NCBI RefSeq assembly: GCF_006345805.1
Contig: NC_043008.1
Location: forward strand, 78,058,001 to 78,122,000
Length of the DNA stretch: 64,000 nt
Direction: 5' to 3'
Origin: Octopus sinensis
Lineage: Eukaryota
The first letter of the stretch is position 1. Each line of letters begins with the position of its first letter. Made by a program: the position numbers and the translations under genes. Below the pieces are notes generated by a model, which did no database searches, was not told the origin of the DNA, and saw nothing but the letters and a program-made list of their open reading frames with translations. Shown piece after piece: positions 50,959-64,000 of this stretch.

Positions 50959-51485
50959 GAGTGAGAGAGCAGTGAATGCCATCAAAGTGACACTGGGGTA
51001 AAATATACGAAGCTCAGTATACCCATCATGACTACCTGTCTGATAAGGGTACACCACGCACATGCACGCAACCATGTGATCTCATATCAAGATAAAACAG
51101 CGCATGGCCTTGCAGGTGGGGTCCAGTTAGAATTTTCATCTGGTCGAGTAACCCAGCCTGCTCAAAAGGTACCTGAATAAGGATTGTTTAAGGATATTGA
51201 ACGAAATACCCATGTTTCCAAAGGTGAATATTTCAAACCTCTAAGAATTGCTTTCAACACACGGCTATGATGCTCCCCCACTACTTCTGCTCGTGGTCAG
51301 AGAAGCACATATCGTCAGCCACTAAGGGACATGCTCAACTGGTTAAAGTCAAGCAACTGACAAGCAAATCTGTGGTATTGAGCACAATATTTGCTGTAGC
51401 CCATCTTTTATACCAAGACAAACAATGTACAAGATAACACTTCCAATCAGTTAAGATCAGAAGCCATGAGAGCCACTGTCTGGTA
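50959..51485 (-). repeat. Dispersed element ending in (AAT)n then (AAG)n
   Basis: Homolog of 12876-13101. Confidence 0.7.
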
Positions 51486-51611
51486 CTGTTGTTGTTGTTG
51501 TTGTTGTTGTTGTCGTCGTTGTCGTCGTCGTTGTTGTCGTCGTCGTTGTCGTCGTTGTTGTTGTTGTTCTTGTTATCATCATCATCATCATCATCATCAT
51601 CATTATCATTG

Positions 51612-51698
<87 letters not shown>

Positions 51699-52052
51699 TC
51701 ACTGCCTCGAATCGAACTCGGAATCTTGGGGTTAGTAGCCCGCGCTCTTAACCACTACGCCATATGCCCGTGGTCAATTATGGAGTTCGGGGTGGTGGTG
51801 GTGGTGAAGCGGCGGTGATGGTGAGTGCATAGTGAAAAGTAATATTTTTTTAATATAAAATGTTTGTGCATAAAGTATATAGGAGTAAGAGTGGCTGTGT
51901 GGTAAGTAGCTGCTAACGAACCACATGGTTCGGGTTCAGTCCTAGTGCGTGACACCTTGGGCAAGTGTCTTCTACTATAGCCTCAGGCCTTGTGAGTGGA
52001 TTTGGTAAACGGAAACTGAAAGAAGTCCGTCGTATATATGTATATATGTATG

Positions 52053-52085
<33 letters not shown>

Positions 52086-52087
52086 TG

Positions 52088-52152
<65 letters not shown>

Positions 52153-52180
52153 CATATATATATACATATATATATATATA

Positions 52181-54084
52181 CAAAATAAGAAAATGGAGGA
52201 ATACACTTTAATCAATCATCAACTACCAGATAATACCCATTCACATAATTTATTAACCATCTACATAGGAACATCAAGATTAAACACAATAATACAGAAC
52301 AAAACAGTACACATCAATGAGTAATATGATACCATAAGTACAATACTTATAAATAAATATAAATAAATATAAATAAAAATATAAACTAGATCTTACAGCT
52401 GTTTCAGCCATGTAGATACATAATTAAAATTTACACCGATTATACCATAAAAAACCAAAACAATACGAAACCGTCCAGATATCAACACTTATAAGTATGA
52501 GCTTGCTCCAACTACAATTCTGTATAAACCCTATCCTAGCAAACCACACATCCATATACAAAACAAATAAAGCTACCAAATAAAAAACCGGAGCTATTTA
52601 CCACCACAACCATGTATACCCAATCACGATACACAGCCCATCAAAAATTACGTAATCCATATCTATCGGTGTATACATGCTTAGTGTTTTGGTTTTTTAT
52701 GGTATAATCGGTGTAAATTTTAATTATGTATCTTTCGCAAATAACGTACTTTTTCTTTACCCTAGTCATTGCAAATGTGTATGTTGAGTTTATATCCCTC
52801 TTGTAAACTATATCTGAATATTTTCCAACCTTTGCCTAATATTAATCCTTGCGTTTTCTACCCTTTTAGGCTCCTCTTTTTGTACATTACAACCTTTTTC
52901 GATGTATTAACAATTAGTATTATCTTAACTTTAATGATTCTTAATATTATTTTAGTTAACAGTACGTATGTGTATGTATATATATACATATATGTGTGCG
53001 TGGTTGCTTTTGGGCATATGTATTTGTTTATATATATGTATATATGGATATATACGCATGCAGTTATGTATGTACGCATGTCTCTGTGTATGTAAGCTTA
53101 TATTTCCTGCGCTTAGGTTTATCTATGTGTGAATGTGTATGCGCGCATATACATGTGTATGTATGTAAGTGTAAATAAGACTATTGAAATTCAAATGTGC
53201 CTGCCAATCGTATTGAGCTTTAAAGCTTAAATTTTTTGCAAACCTGCTAATAAATATCAATCACCGTCCAAACTCTGATTTGTATGTATGTATACGCATG
53301 CACACTTTTGGTTTTTTCTATGATGTAAAAGAATAGTTTTTTATTATATATGTGTTTGTTGAGCTATAATGTATTGTATTGTATTATATTAATATGTTAT
53401 TATATTATTATATTATGCTGTTGCTGTATTCTATGTGATATTTTCCATCTAATGTGTACTGTGAATGGCGGAATGCACATATTCTTTTACTGGTATTATT
53501 ATTAATGATAATAATAATAATATTAATAGCCTTTTGTAACTTAATACAATGAACCCTGGACTTTGTATATGTACATTTTCATGTGTATGTGTGTATATTA
53601 TAATATATTGATCTGACTAACTGTAACCTTATATGTATGTATATTATTATGTATATACTTATATATATGTAGGTGCATGTGTATATACACTTATGTGTAT
53701 GTGTATATTATGTATATGTACTTATTCTTGTATATGTGTACCTTATCTTATATTCATATTTGAATTGTACTTTATAATCTCTGAAGAGGCCTTGGGATAT
53801 ATATGTAAGTATCTCATTTATAATCACATATTACCTTAACACACCAGGCTAATATGAGCATAATGAGATACTCCTATCTACATGGCTGAAACAACTGTAA
53901 GATCTAGTTTATATTTTTATTTATATTTATTTATATTTATTTATAAGTATTGTACTTATGGTATCATATTACTCATTGACGTGTACTGTTTTGTTCTGTA
54001 TTATTGTGTTTAATATTGATGGTGAATGGCTATTATCTGGTAGTTGATGATTGATTAAAGTCTATTCCTCCATTTTCTATTTTG
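52181..54084. mobile_element. Non-coding PLE-type element with ~210-240 bp terminal inverted repeats
   Basis: 52181-52418 vs 53875-54084 are near-identical reverse complements; a smaller internal IR lies at about 52413-52465 / 52682-52733; contains H4. Confidence 0.75.
53777..53903 (+). ncRNA. Type I hammerhead ribozyme motif (H4), ~100-nt stem-loop II
   Basis: atct-CTGAAGA-GGCC...GGCT-GAAA-CAACTG-TA|agat; GUA site after 53899. The inverted half copy at 52390-52418 has the perfect palindrome ACAGCTGT. Confidence 0.75.
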
Positions 54085-54140
54085 TTTTATGAATTTTAGG
54101 TAAAACATTTTACCTTCGCCCATATAATACAATAAATGAA

Positions 54141-54174
<34 letters not shown>

Positions 54175-54179
<5 letters not shown>

Positions 54180-55115
54180 GACGGGCTTCTTTCAGTTTGT
54201 ATATATATGTATGTATGTATGTGTATATGTTTGTGTGCCTGTGTTTGCCCTTCGCCCCAACATGGCTTGACAACTGATGGTGTTGTGTTTACGTCCCCGT
54301 AACTTAGCGGTTCGGCGAAAGACACCGATAGAATAAGTACTAGGCTTACAAAAAATAATCTTGGGGTCGATCTGGTCTCCTAAAGGTGCTCCAGCATGGC
54401 CACAGTCAAATGACTGAAGCAAGTAAAAGTATAAAGAGTAAAGTATATATAAATCGCATCAAGTAATCATTGTATATCAGTTTCCTTCACTTTTCAATGA
54501 TTAGCAGATGAGCAACTATCTTTTGATACGGACATAACACAGGCTACACTTTCAGGCTTTTCAGATAAAGTTGTCAAGAATAACCCAATAGGTTTACTAT
54601 TAATTCTCTGAAATATTCACGGGTCCTGCTAGTAAATATAAACTTTGTGAGAAATTTTTGGAAATGGTTCAGTAATAAATACCATTATTCTTTATATAGG
54701 TGCAACCGTGCCTCTATGGTAAGAAGTTAGCTTCTCAACCGCATGCCATCTTCTGGATGGCATAGGTCAACCAAAGCCTTGTGAGTGGATTTGGTAGACA
54801 GAAATTGAAAGAAACCCGTCGTGTGTGTGTGTGTGTGTGTGTGTATCTGTGTGTGTGTGTGTGTGTGTATGTGTGTGTGGTGTGTGTGTGTGAGTGTATG
54901 TATATCTGTCTGCCTGTATATGTGTTTGCGTTTGTCCCCACCACTGCATGACAACCAGTGTTGTCATGTTTACGCCTTCGTAACTTAGTGGTTCGTGAAA
55001 AGGCGGATAGAGTAAGTACCAGACCTGAACAAATATAAGCACTGTAGTCTATTTTTCCTAATAAATCCTTCAAGGTGGTGCCCCAGCATAGCCACTGTAT
55101 AATGACCGAAACAAA
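54175..55115 (+). mobile_element. SINE family C copies (54175-54440 partial; 54706-55115)
   Basis: Family C body and tail motifs. Confidence 0.7.
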
Positions 55116-55699
55116 CGAAAGATATCAGGAGTTTTTTTTTGCTTTGTTTTTTACAGAATTTTTATTTTGTAAGCATCAAATATTTCTCAAGAGAATTTTA
55201 TTTATTTCTAGCTTCAGGCAATCGATTTCTTTCTGTCAAACGCTTTCGATTCATGGCAAGTCCGTTATTTGCTTTCACTTAAAATTCATTTCCCTCAGCT
55301 ACCACTCTCAGACAGTGTAATTATCCACTTTATATTGAAAACTCTCAACTGAAAAAATAAGCTGCATACTAAATATTTTGTCACTGTCGAGTATTGCAGC
55401 GGAATACGTTCGGAGTTCTATAAAATGGCCTAATTAACATTTTAAAAATGCAGTAATTTTCGGAGTAGGTATCACCATTCAAAATGTTGATAAATAATTA
55501 TTGTTTAGTGAAATTGTGTTATTCAATTAGTAATAATTTCATTTGTTTAATATTATAGGTTCAAGATATTTCCGGTGATAACAAAGGAAAGATAAATCTT
55601 TTGGATATGATGTGAGCCAAATGTAGCATTTCATGCCAGTGAACAGTATTGTTGTTATATATGATGATGAACAGTACTACATACAGGCTTGATAGAGAA

Positions 55700-57300
55700 T
55701 TGTAAAATGTATTAGTCACGATGACTCTCAATGTCACAAACAGGATCCGAAGCAGTGACACGTCAAAGGTATACCATCCGTGAATACCCTGCCTTGCTAT
55801 TCTAATGTAGTGTATCTAGGTCTATGTTATTCCAATTTCCTCCCATTTTAGATGGTATTTTAGGATTTAAGACGATTTAGTTATCATGTCTAGCAGGTTG
55901 AGCGGTTGCGTAAGGATTGTACTTCAATGGACTCTGGAGAGGGCCACAGCATAGGCGGGTAAGATTGACACAATCAGACAGTAACAACTGGTTGGTACTC
56001 TTTTTCATTTGTTATTGGTGGGAACATAGTCTCTGGGGCTAATGAGGATATAAATGTTCGGCTGTTTCTATGTGTTGGTGTTCTTTATACTTGTCCGACC
56101 TGAATAAGTGAGATGTAGTTATCAGAAGAAATGTATGTTTTGACATTTAGAACTGACTTTCCTACGCTCCCCTGCCCATTGTTGACCGAACGAATAAGTG
56201 TTGCATATGTGTCTGGGCATCTAATAATGATTTTCAAGCAATGTTGGTGATTGTGCTATTGCTGACTGTATGCACAGTAATGTTTATGTGGTGTTGCTGA
56301 CATTATGTTCTGCAATGTCAATGTTTGTGAATGTGGTGGCATCCTTGCATGAATTACATTGTAGCTGGTGAGTGTGTTACTGTTGAATATGTATTCTGTG
56401 GTGTTTATGTTGGTGATTGTTGTATTGTTAACTATACTATTGTTACTGAACAATCTGTTGTTGCTAATGGTTTGTCATTGCATTTTGCGAACTTTCTTTT
56501 CTTGGTAGCATTTTCCCGACTGGTTTAATTCGAAGTTTGTATGAGAGTTTTTTCTTTGCATCGAGATACGTCTGGTAGAAAATGAAAGGATATTTAGCCG
56601 ATTGTTTTCTCTGTCACTGTATTGGCTAGGGGTGATGGCTTGGAACAGGGTTTGTACTTAGCGTTGTGACTCAGGTGTATGTGTACTGGTAATGGTTGTT
56701 TAGAATGTAAACTAATTTTATTTATATGGCTATTCTATTACATTACGTCTCATCGATATTCTTTGAGAATTACAATGTTTTTGCATGTAACGAAATGTTC
56801 CTCAGTTTTGTAATTTCGGAGAGTATTATGGTATAATGCCTCCTGGGACGGTTGACAAGGTCAATTGTTATATACATACATATGTATGTGCTTATTTTAT
56901 TGATGTCCACTGTATTGCCGTTTCTTTTAAATTTTCTATGCTGCATGGAATCTCTGCTATAATCTATTCGTATTCTACTGTCCTTTATGGTAGCTGCATG
57001 ATGTTATGGATGTTATAATGACACCTCCGCAGTAATATAGTATTCTTTCCTTGCTGGAGTGTAATTAGGTATTGAAGTATCTTGTGTTATGGTTGTAGAA
57101 ATGTTTTGCAAGCTCTCTCGACATGAAAGGATGTGTAATATTATTTCGCTTGATAAATATTCATTTTCCAGGCCGTAGTATTAAGAAAACTATATTATAT
57201 TTCCACAGCATATTTTCGTATGTTAAGGACTGAAATTTTTTAATACATTCTATATGGCGTCATGGCATTGAGAAAGGAGATAATCACGGCACTTCCTATT
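55700..57300 (-). mobile_element. Highly decayed Penelope-like remnant (tentative)
   Basis: Only scraps are readable (GRT...KEHQ, GIY-YIG-like); many stops. Confidence 0.3.
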
Positions 57301-57351
57301 TTTGTTGTTGCTGCTGTTTCAACTGATGTTATTGTTGCTATTACTGTTATT

Positions 57352-57632
57352 AAGGCGGTGAGCTGGCAGAAACGTTAGCACGCCGGGCGAAATGCCTAGC
57401 AGTATTTCGTCTGACTTTATGTTCTGAGTTCAAATTCCGCCTAGGTCCACTTTCATCATTTCGGGGTCGATAAATTAAGTACCAGTTACGTACTGAGGGC
57501 GATCTAATCGACAGGCCCCTCCCCCAAAATTTCGGGCTTTGGAGTCGATGAAATAAGTACCAGTTACGCACTGAAGTCGGTATAATCGACTAGCCCACTT
57601 CCTCCAAAAATTTCAAGGCCTTGTGCCTAGAG
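57352..57632 (+). mobile_element. SINE family B with duplicated tail
   Basis: taaggcggtgagctggcagaaacgttagcacgccgggcgaaatg... Confidence 0.8.
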
Positions 57633-59274
57633 AAGAAATAATTATTACTGCTATTATTTCTGTTCTGAAAAGCATTTACATGTCCTTATAAATGGAATTG
57701 TTTGCTTGTATTTGTGTTTTGAAAACACCTTTTTAAAACGTTTTGATGTCTGTTGTACCATCGCTTTCTGATATCGGTCATGTGTGTTGGAAAAAATATT
57801 CCCATAGGATGAACATATACCGTTCGATAAGCATTCAGTCCTGGCTTGTCTGTCCCATTATTTTACATTTTATCACAACTGTTCAGTCTGACATTTTCAT
57901 CAGTTGTGAAGAAGACACAGTAATATTTCACTACTAATGTTAGCAAATCTAACCATCACTAAACGCCTTTTGTTGCCTTATATATTTCATCATTTCCGGT
58001 AGAAGCCAATTTACTTTACTTATACTAATAATTCTGATTTAGATTGTGTTGATTCAAGAACACCATTTACTGATGAGCCAATTGAGGCATACATTCATTG
58101 AATAACTAGGTACAAATACTGAATCTTGAATTAACACTTTGAAAACTGTCAATCAAATCAGTCGTAAACTCAGCTATGCACTCAGTTGTGAACTTAGTTG
58201 CAGTGGTGTACGATAGTTGAATTAATAGTAATGATGTTGCTATTGATATCAGGTTTATGATGAGGGTAGTCATGGCCTGAGGGCTGTCTAAATATATTTA
58301 ATGAGATAAAGCAGCAGAAAAGAACTATGTGATTTTCGATGATGATAAATAATTTTTACATGAAGAGAGAGAAAATAATACTGAAAGATAAAAATAATTA
58401 AATAATTAATTATAGACGAAAATACAATTGGAAGATAAGGACAGCATGTCACAGTATACGGAACGTTCTTAAACTGTATGCAGTGTAAGGCTGTATATGA
58501 AAAGAATTTGAGATTGTTGTTTTTAAAACAGAAAAAGGTGTGGAAAGGGAGAGATCAAACTGTGCACATGTTGAATGCTATGATGTTCCTATTATAGAAA
58601 CCAAACAGAGATGAAAATACTTGCTTGTTCAAGTAAGGAAATATCTTTTATTGTAAAAGTAACGACGTAACAGTAGGAGTACCTGGGGAAAGCTACGTGT
58701 AAAGAGAAAATTCACCGATATATTTCCGTTCATTTCCACGCTATTCCCTTAGCTGCATATGATAACATATCGTCAACAACTCTATAGAATTTCGATTCTT
58801 TCAATGTATTACAGCAATTCACTGAAGAAAAAGATTAAATAAAAGCAATATTACGAAATATGGTTTGACGCAACATGTTTAAGATAGATTTAATTTGCGG
58901 AATAGTTTTCTAAAATAGAATTACCAAGTGTAAATAATTATTAAAGCATGTCTTTCGTATTCTTTTTTAATATTTAAAAATATTAACTCCAAATATTCTG
59001 TCTTCCATATTGGTTAAATTAATCGATAATTCTGCATTTCATGTATGAATGCGCATAGTGGTTTGGATAATATTTTAAAGTATCCACACAATTTGGTCCC
59101 TTCAAGCATTCTTTTTCTTTTCGTAAACTTATGGAATAAAATTATTAATTAGATTTTCTGACAAGAATCGAATTACAAATTGCAAAATTTTATTTAAAAC
59201 ATGTGAACTAGAATGTGTGCCTGAAAACGAAGGGAAATAGACTAATTGATTTAATAGATGGATTTATATATACA

Positions 59275-59305
<31 letters not shown>

Positions 59306-59664
59306 TTGAAACGTTTTTTTACACTTAAGTAAAATGTTCGGGTCAAAATCATAAGATTGAGACAAATCATGCGAAAGATAATGATTTTAGCATGAAATGT
59401 GTTAGGTGTGACAAAAGCTTAAAATGAAACTAAAATAAATGAATCATTGTCATTCGTCAACAAAGACACGGCGATAGACACATCCAAACCAAAACAGTGA
59501 TTAGTGTAAACACTTCAGTAGAGACACTCAATAACTCCACAATCACAAATACAAAGACAGTAGTGTATCCAACAACACTAAAATCAACAATATATATTCA
59601 ACCACACCACAGTAACCGTAATTATGATATATATGTTTCTATATTCTTTTATTCTCTTATTTGA

Positions 59665-59905
59665 TAAGTCATTTGAATGTAGCCATGCCGGAGCACCGAC
59701 TTGAAGGAGCAAATAGACACCAGGACTTTTTGAAAGCCTAGTACTTATTTCATCGGTGTCTTTGACGAACCGCTAATTTATGAAGATGTAAACACACCAA
59801 CACCGGTTGTCAATCGGTGATAGGGGACAAATACAGACGCACATACATATGCACACACACACACGCATATATATATATATATATATAATATATATATATA
59901 TATAG

Positions 59906-60000
<95 letters not shown>

Positions 60001-60168
60001 ATATATATGTATGTATATATTAACGACGTGATTCTTTCAGTTTCCGTCCCCCAAGTCCACTCACAAGGCTTCGTTCGGCCCGAAGCTATAAGAAAAGACA
60101 CAAGGTGGACTGAACCCGGAAACATGTGGCTGGAAAGCAAGCTTCATACTACACAGCCACACCTGCGC
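59665..60168 (-). mobile_element. SINE family C with internal microsatellite
   Basis: Head 60022-60168, tail 59665-59850. Confidence 0.72.
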
Positions 60169-60404
60169 TTATATACATATATAGAATAACGAAGGCAGCT
60201 ATATAAAAGTAAGGCGGCAATATAAAACTAAAGATATAAGGCAATATAAGGTGGCAATATAAAACTAGAAACGAAAAATTCTTTTGTTACTAACTGTGAC
60301 TGTCAGTGCCAGAAATATGAGTTAAAAGCGCTTATAGCCGCAGGAAGCACATGCCTATACACTGACAGGGGAGATAACCAACCCACAGTGATTGATATCA
60401 CCAT

Positions 60405-60444
60405 ACCAGTTTAGTTTCGCTTAGAACGAAAGCTCATCAGTGGT
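60405..60444 (-). ncRNA. Minimal hammerhead fossil with mutated cleavage site (H7)
   Basis: acca-CTGATGA-GCTT-tcgttct-AAGC-GAAA-CTAA-AC-tggt. Stems I and II are perfect; the expected GUC reads AAC. Confidence 0.55.
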
Positions 60445-60923
60445 GACTCATCCATTTCCCCTTCATAAGAACATACAATTACAACACCGACATAAACTGC
60501 ATAAATTCATTCTACATTACAACCACGTCACGCCTTTTAAAATGTATTCACAAGACAAATTCAAAAATGCTAAACATGTGTAGCTCATAAGCAAACGCAA
60601 AATAGACATGATTTCAGTAAGTATATACCAATACTATATGCAGCAGTAATAGCCAATCTTATTAAAGTAAACCACAATCTTAATCACTATACATCTACAC
60701 CATATACAACGAATTAATGTTCTTTTTATAAACTAAAGACATCGCCAGTACAATTCAACAACATGATACTACAGATATAGCCAACCGGATTTTCCAATCA
60801 ATACTGCTAACTGTAACCTTAGATATGTTTGAGGAACACAAATAGGTTTTATCATATATACAGGGTTTCATTTATTGAACTAATAGAGCAACATTCGTAT
60901 ACCATTTATTCGTGGTGGATATA

Positions 60924-62389
60924 TGAGGGGTGTTCATTAAAAATTCCCCTGACCCACTTCCGCTTATTGCACGAAACGGAACTTGTGCAGGTATAATTAT
61001 ACATGTCTTTATCATGATTCCATTGCTTCGGTTGGACTTTAGTCTCAGGATCATTGAGATGGACCCATGTTTCACCTTGTGTTAAATCTTCCGAAAATGT
61101 CCTCCTCGTTTTCTTGGTACATTGCCAAAAGAGCCTAGGAGCAATTGACTCGTTCCTGCTTCTGAAAAGGTGTGAGTAACCGGGGAATCTATTGTGCAGA
61201 CAACTTCCGCATGTGCAAATTGTTGTGGACATGTCACATTGTAAATTGCAGCTTTCCACTGGTATTCGTTTGTCTTTTGTAGCTGCTGATGTGGACTAAG
61301 GTGGTATAATGGAGGCAGTTGAATGCAGATCAGTGATCAGGTTCTTATACATGAAAGGTCGTACACCAAAAGAGACTTTCGATGAGATGAAAGAAGCGTA
61401 TGGTGACGCCAGTTCAAATGTGGTCAGGCATCGGTGGAAAATGTTCCTATTCCTGGACTGCCACATTTCGTCATTGATGACAACACCATCCATAAAGTGG
61501 AAGCCGCCATTTTAGAGGATCACCGGATAACTACTCGATAACTAGCCCAAGAAGTGAAGATAAGAGTAGGGATCCGTGGAAAATATCATCCACAACAATT
61601 TGCACATGCGGAAGTTGTCTGCACAATAGATTCCCCGGAAATTCACACCTTTTCAGAAGCAGGAACGAGTCAATTGCTCCTAGGCTCTTTTGGCAATGTA
61701 CCAAGAAAACGAGGAGGACAGTTTCGGAAGATTTAACACAAGGTTAAACATGGGTCCATCACAATGATCCTGAGACTAAAGTCCAACCGAAGCAATGGAA
61801 TCATGATAATTCACCACCTCCAAAGAAGACTCGTGCCCAATCCTCAGCAGGCAAGATGATGTTCACAGTCTTTTGGGAACAGCACGGAATAGTGATGATG
61901 GATTTTCTGGTAAAGGGCACCACAATTAACTATTATGCTTCACTGCTGCAGAAAATGCGGGATGCCATCAAAGCAGAGAGGCGTTGCATACTGACCAAAG
62001 AAGACCCCTCCTCCATGAAAACACCCCAGTTCACAATGCGCATATTATCCAGATGAAAACACACTGCTGCGGCTATGAAATCCTTCCTCGTTCCCCTTAC
62101 TCTCCCGACCTTGCACTATCTGACTTCCACTTCTTGCCAAACATGATGTCATTTTTTTACGGCGAAGCGCTTTCCGAATGAGGATGAACTTATTTCCGAT
62201 GTTAGTCTTGGCTCCAGAAGCAACCTACCGACTTCTACGGACAAGGTCTTCACAGCTACATAAAGCGATGGGAAAAGTGTGTCAACATTGATGGTTGTTC
62301 TGTAGAGAAGGACAAATAATTATGCCAAGTTTCGTTTATCTCAGTCCTTGGGAAGTGGGTCAGGGGCAATTTTTAATGAGCGCCACTTA
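60924..62389 (+). mobile_element. Full-length mariner transposon (pseudogene) with internal inverted duplication
   Basis: ~38-bp TIRs (tgaggggtgttcattaaaaattcccctgacccacttcc). Motifs: MEAVECRSVIRFL, MMFTVFWEQHGIVMMDFL, LLHENTPVH, YEILPRSPYSPDLALSDFHF; frameshifts. Confidence 0.92.
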
Positions 62390-63769
62390 CAATTAACTAA
62401 CAACTAATTTCCACCGCTACTATTTAAAAAGTGTAAGTATTGTATGTTATTATCCATTAAAGGCATACACTCATCATATCTTTGTTGAAGATGTTACTAG
62501 ATCTGTGATGTTGCAGATGAAACTGACTAATATGTAGGTTGGCTTAAAATCTTTAAGATATCAACAAATGCCTTTAAGCAACAGTACTACTTTTTTTTTT
62601 AACTTCATAAGTTAATGAGTTTTGAGCTTGAAGAAGTCACGAAATGCACTCAACTGATTTAAAAAGAAATGACTTATAGAGTAATGTAACTTGAGATAAA
62701 CTATTTTTGAGAGAACGGAGTGATTAAAATTAAAATCTTTTTGATGACGAGAATGCCGAACGTCGGTTAACATAGGTATAAACAAGTCCAGCATTATAAT
62801 TTAAAATTAATTAGAATACAATACCTAAATTAATTATTATTTCGTGTGGATTATTATAGTAAGGGATATTGGATATGAACTTGATAGAATTGACATGCTT
62901 TAAAGAAAGGGAAATATTATCTTTTGTTAAATTATGAGATTCTAGTTGCCTGCAATGTATTTCCTATTTTGTTTGTCTTGTAAGTGTTTCAGAACCTCCT
63001 GTTTCACGTCTAGCAGATACTTAACTTCGAATATTTATCTTTTGTTGGATAATTTTTAAATATTACTAGTTTTACCTTATCATCACGAGAAATCCCGCTG
63101 TTCCTTGTATATTTTACTTGCATTCATGGAAATTAAAAATGTATGTCACTACTCCTAGCTATTTTGTTGAATCAAAAGTGAATAAGTGATTAGTATTCTT
63201 CTACAATATTGCAAATAGACGAATTCATGTAGAGAATTGGAAATGTCGAAAACAAAAGATATCGACAATTTCATGCATTACGATATTTGCTTTTAGGCTT
63301 TGAAAAATAGATGCATTTATTTGTCAACTGTTGCAGAATTAATTCATCATCGTTAGTGAACCATTGTGGTAGCTAAAGCATTCATTTATCGTTACATCAT
63401 TTAATTACTGCCTACTAAAAATATTTAGCCTCGTTTGAAGCATTCCAGGTATCTTATCTGGTGTTTTGCAAATACATATTTTATAGCTTTCTGCTTCGCT
63501 TCCCATCAGATGATTTGTGTTGTCTGTGGGGAAACTTTTCCTAATAAATTATTTGGCTTAAGTAGGATCCAATTACTGTTATTAATGCAACCGATTTTAG
63601 AATATGTTTGAACTATTAAAGGTAGATCTTCATTGTATTTTCAGATATATAGATATCATTAGGGCGTTTAAAAGCTGTAGATGCTTCTTGAATTCGTACA
63701 TTACATCATGGGTTCGTGCTAATAGAGCAGTGTTTCAACAAATAGTTTCAGGGCCGAACAACCAGGTAC

Positions 63770-64000
63770 CACTCAGAGACATTGATACACCATGACTATG
63801 CCTAATTGAGAAACATACTGCACACTCCACGAGGCAGTGGTTAATCTCTTGGACTGCAGTGTGGCAGTCTGGATATGTCTCTCGTTTAATCACTTGATTC
63901 TGATGGCGGCACCACTAGGGCAGAACGGTTGCAGTTATTTGGCACTTATCAGTATCATCCAAGCACAGTGGTTGGTGCTAGTGAGGCTATCGATACTGAA
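63770..64000 (-). mobile_element. LINE C-terminal zinc-knuckle fragment (tentative)
   Basis: (Y)PDCHTAVQEINHCLVEC resembles CX2CX7HX4C. Confidence 0.4.

Noticed and set aside
57873-57909. tcacaaCTGATGA...ttgtga (minus strand), and a similar case at 32600-32647
   Set aside because: CTG is itself paired in a plain hairpin and there is no GAAA-N-UH; not ribozymes.
58065-58150. CTGATGA-GCC-aattga-GGC motif
   Set aside because: GAAA does not follow stem II and stem I does not pair.
63645-63765. Possible + strand exon (ttttcag|...CAG|GTACCA, one open frame)
   Set aside because: The peptide resembles nothing I recognise and has no partner exons in the window; needs RNA-seq or BLASTX.

Overview
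AT-rich, microsatellite-dense eukaryotic DNA. The SINE and LINE repertoire resembles what I recall for octopus (coleoid cephalopod); the species call is an inference. One host gene is present: a minus-strand BTB-BACK-Kelch gene that matches KLHL10. It has five phase-consistent coding exons (32090 down to 8374, 553 codons + 2 nt), and its expected last exon was not found in the window. The rest is transposon-derived: several decayed Penelope-like elements (PLEs) and their inverted/tandem pseudo-LTRs, a nest of R4/Dong-type LINEs in (AAT)n arrays in intron 4, RTE and L1/Tx1 fragments, a full-length hAT (Buster-type) element with a perfect 8-bp TSD about 0.7 kb upstream of the KLHL10 ATG, two mariners and many tRNA-derived SINEs. 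The most interesting unannotated layer is a set of type I hammerhead ribozyme motifs from several PLE-type families, found by eye. Four have canonical cores (5704-5785, 37738-37830, 38333-38404, 53777-53903); the others are variant or decayed. Each family has its own palindromic stem III, three long loop-II motifs contain a GTAAG splice-donor motif, one family has a shared A6U core change, and one intact ribozyme lies on the KLHL10 sense strand downstream of exon 5. All structures and alignments were made by hand; repeat boundaries are approximate.
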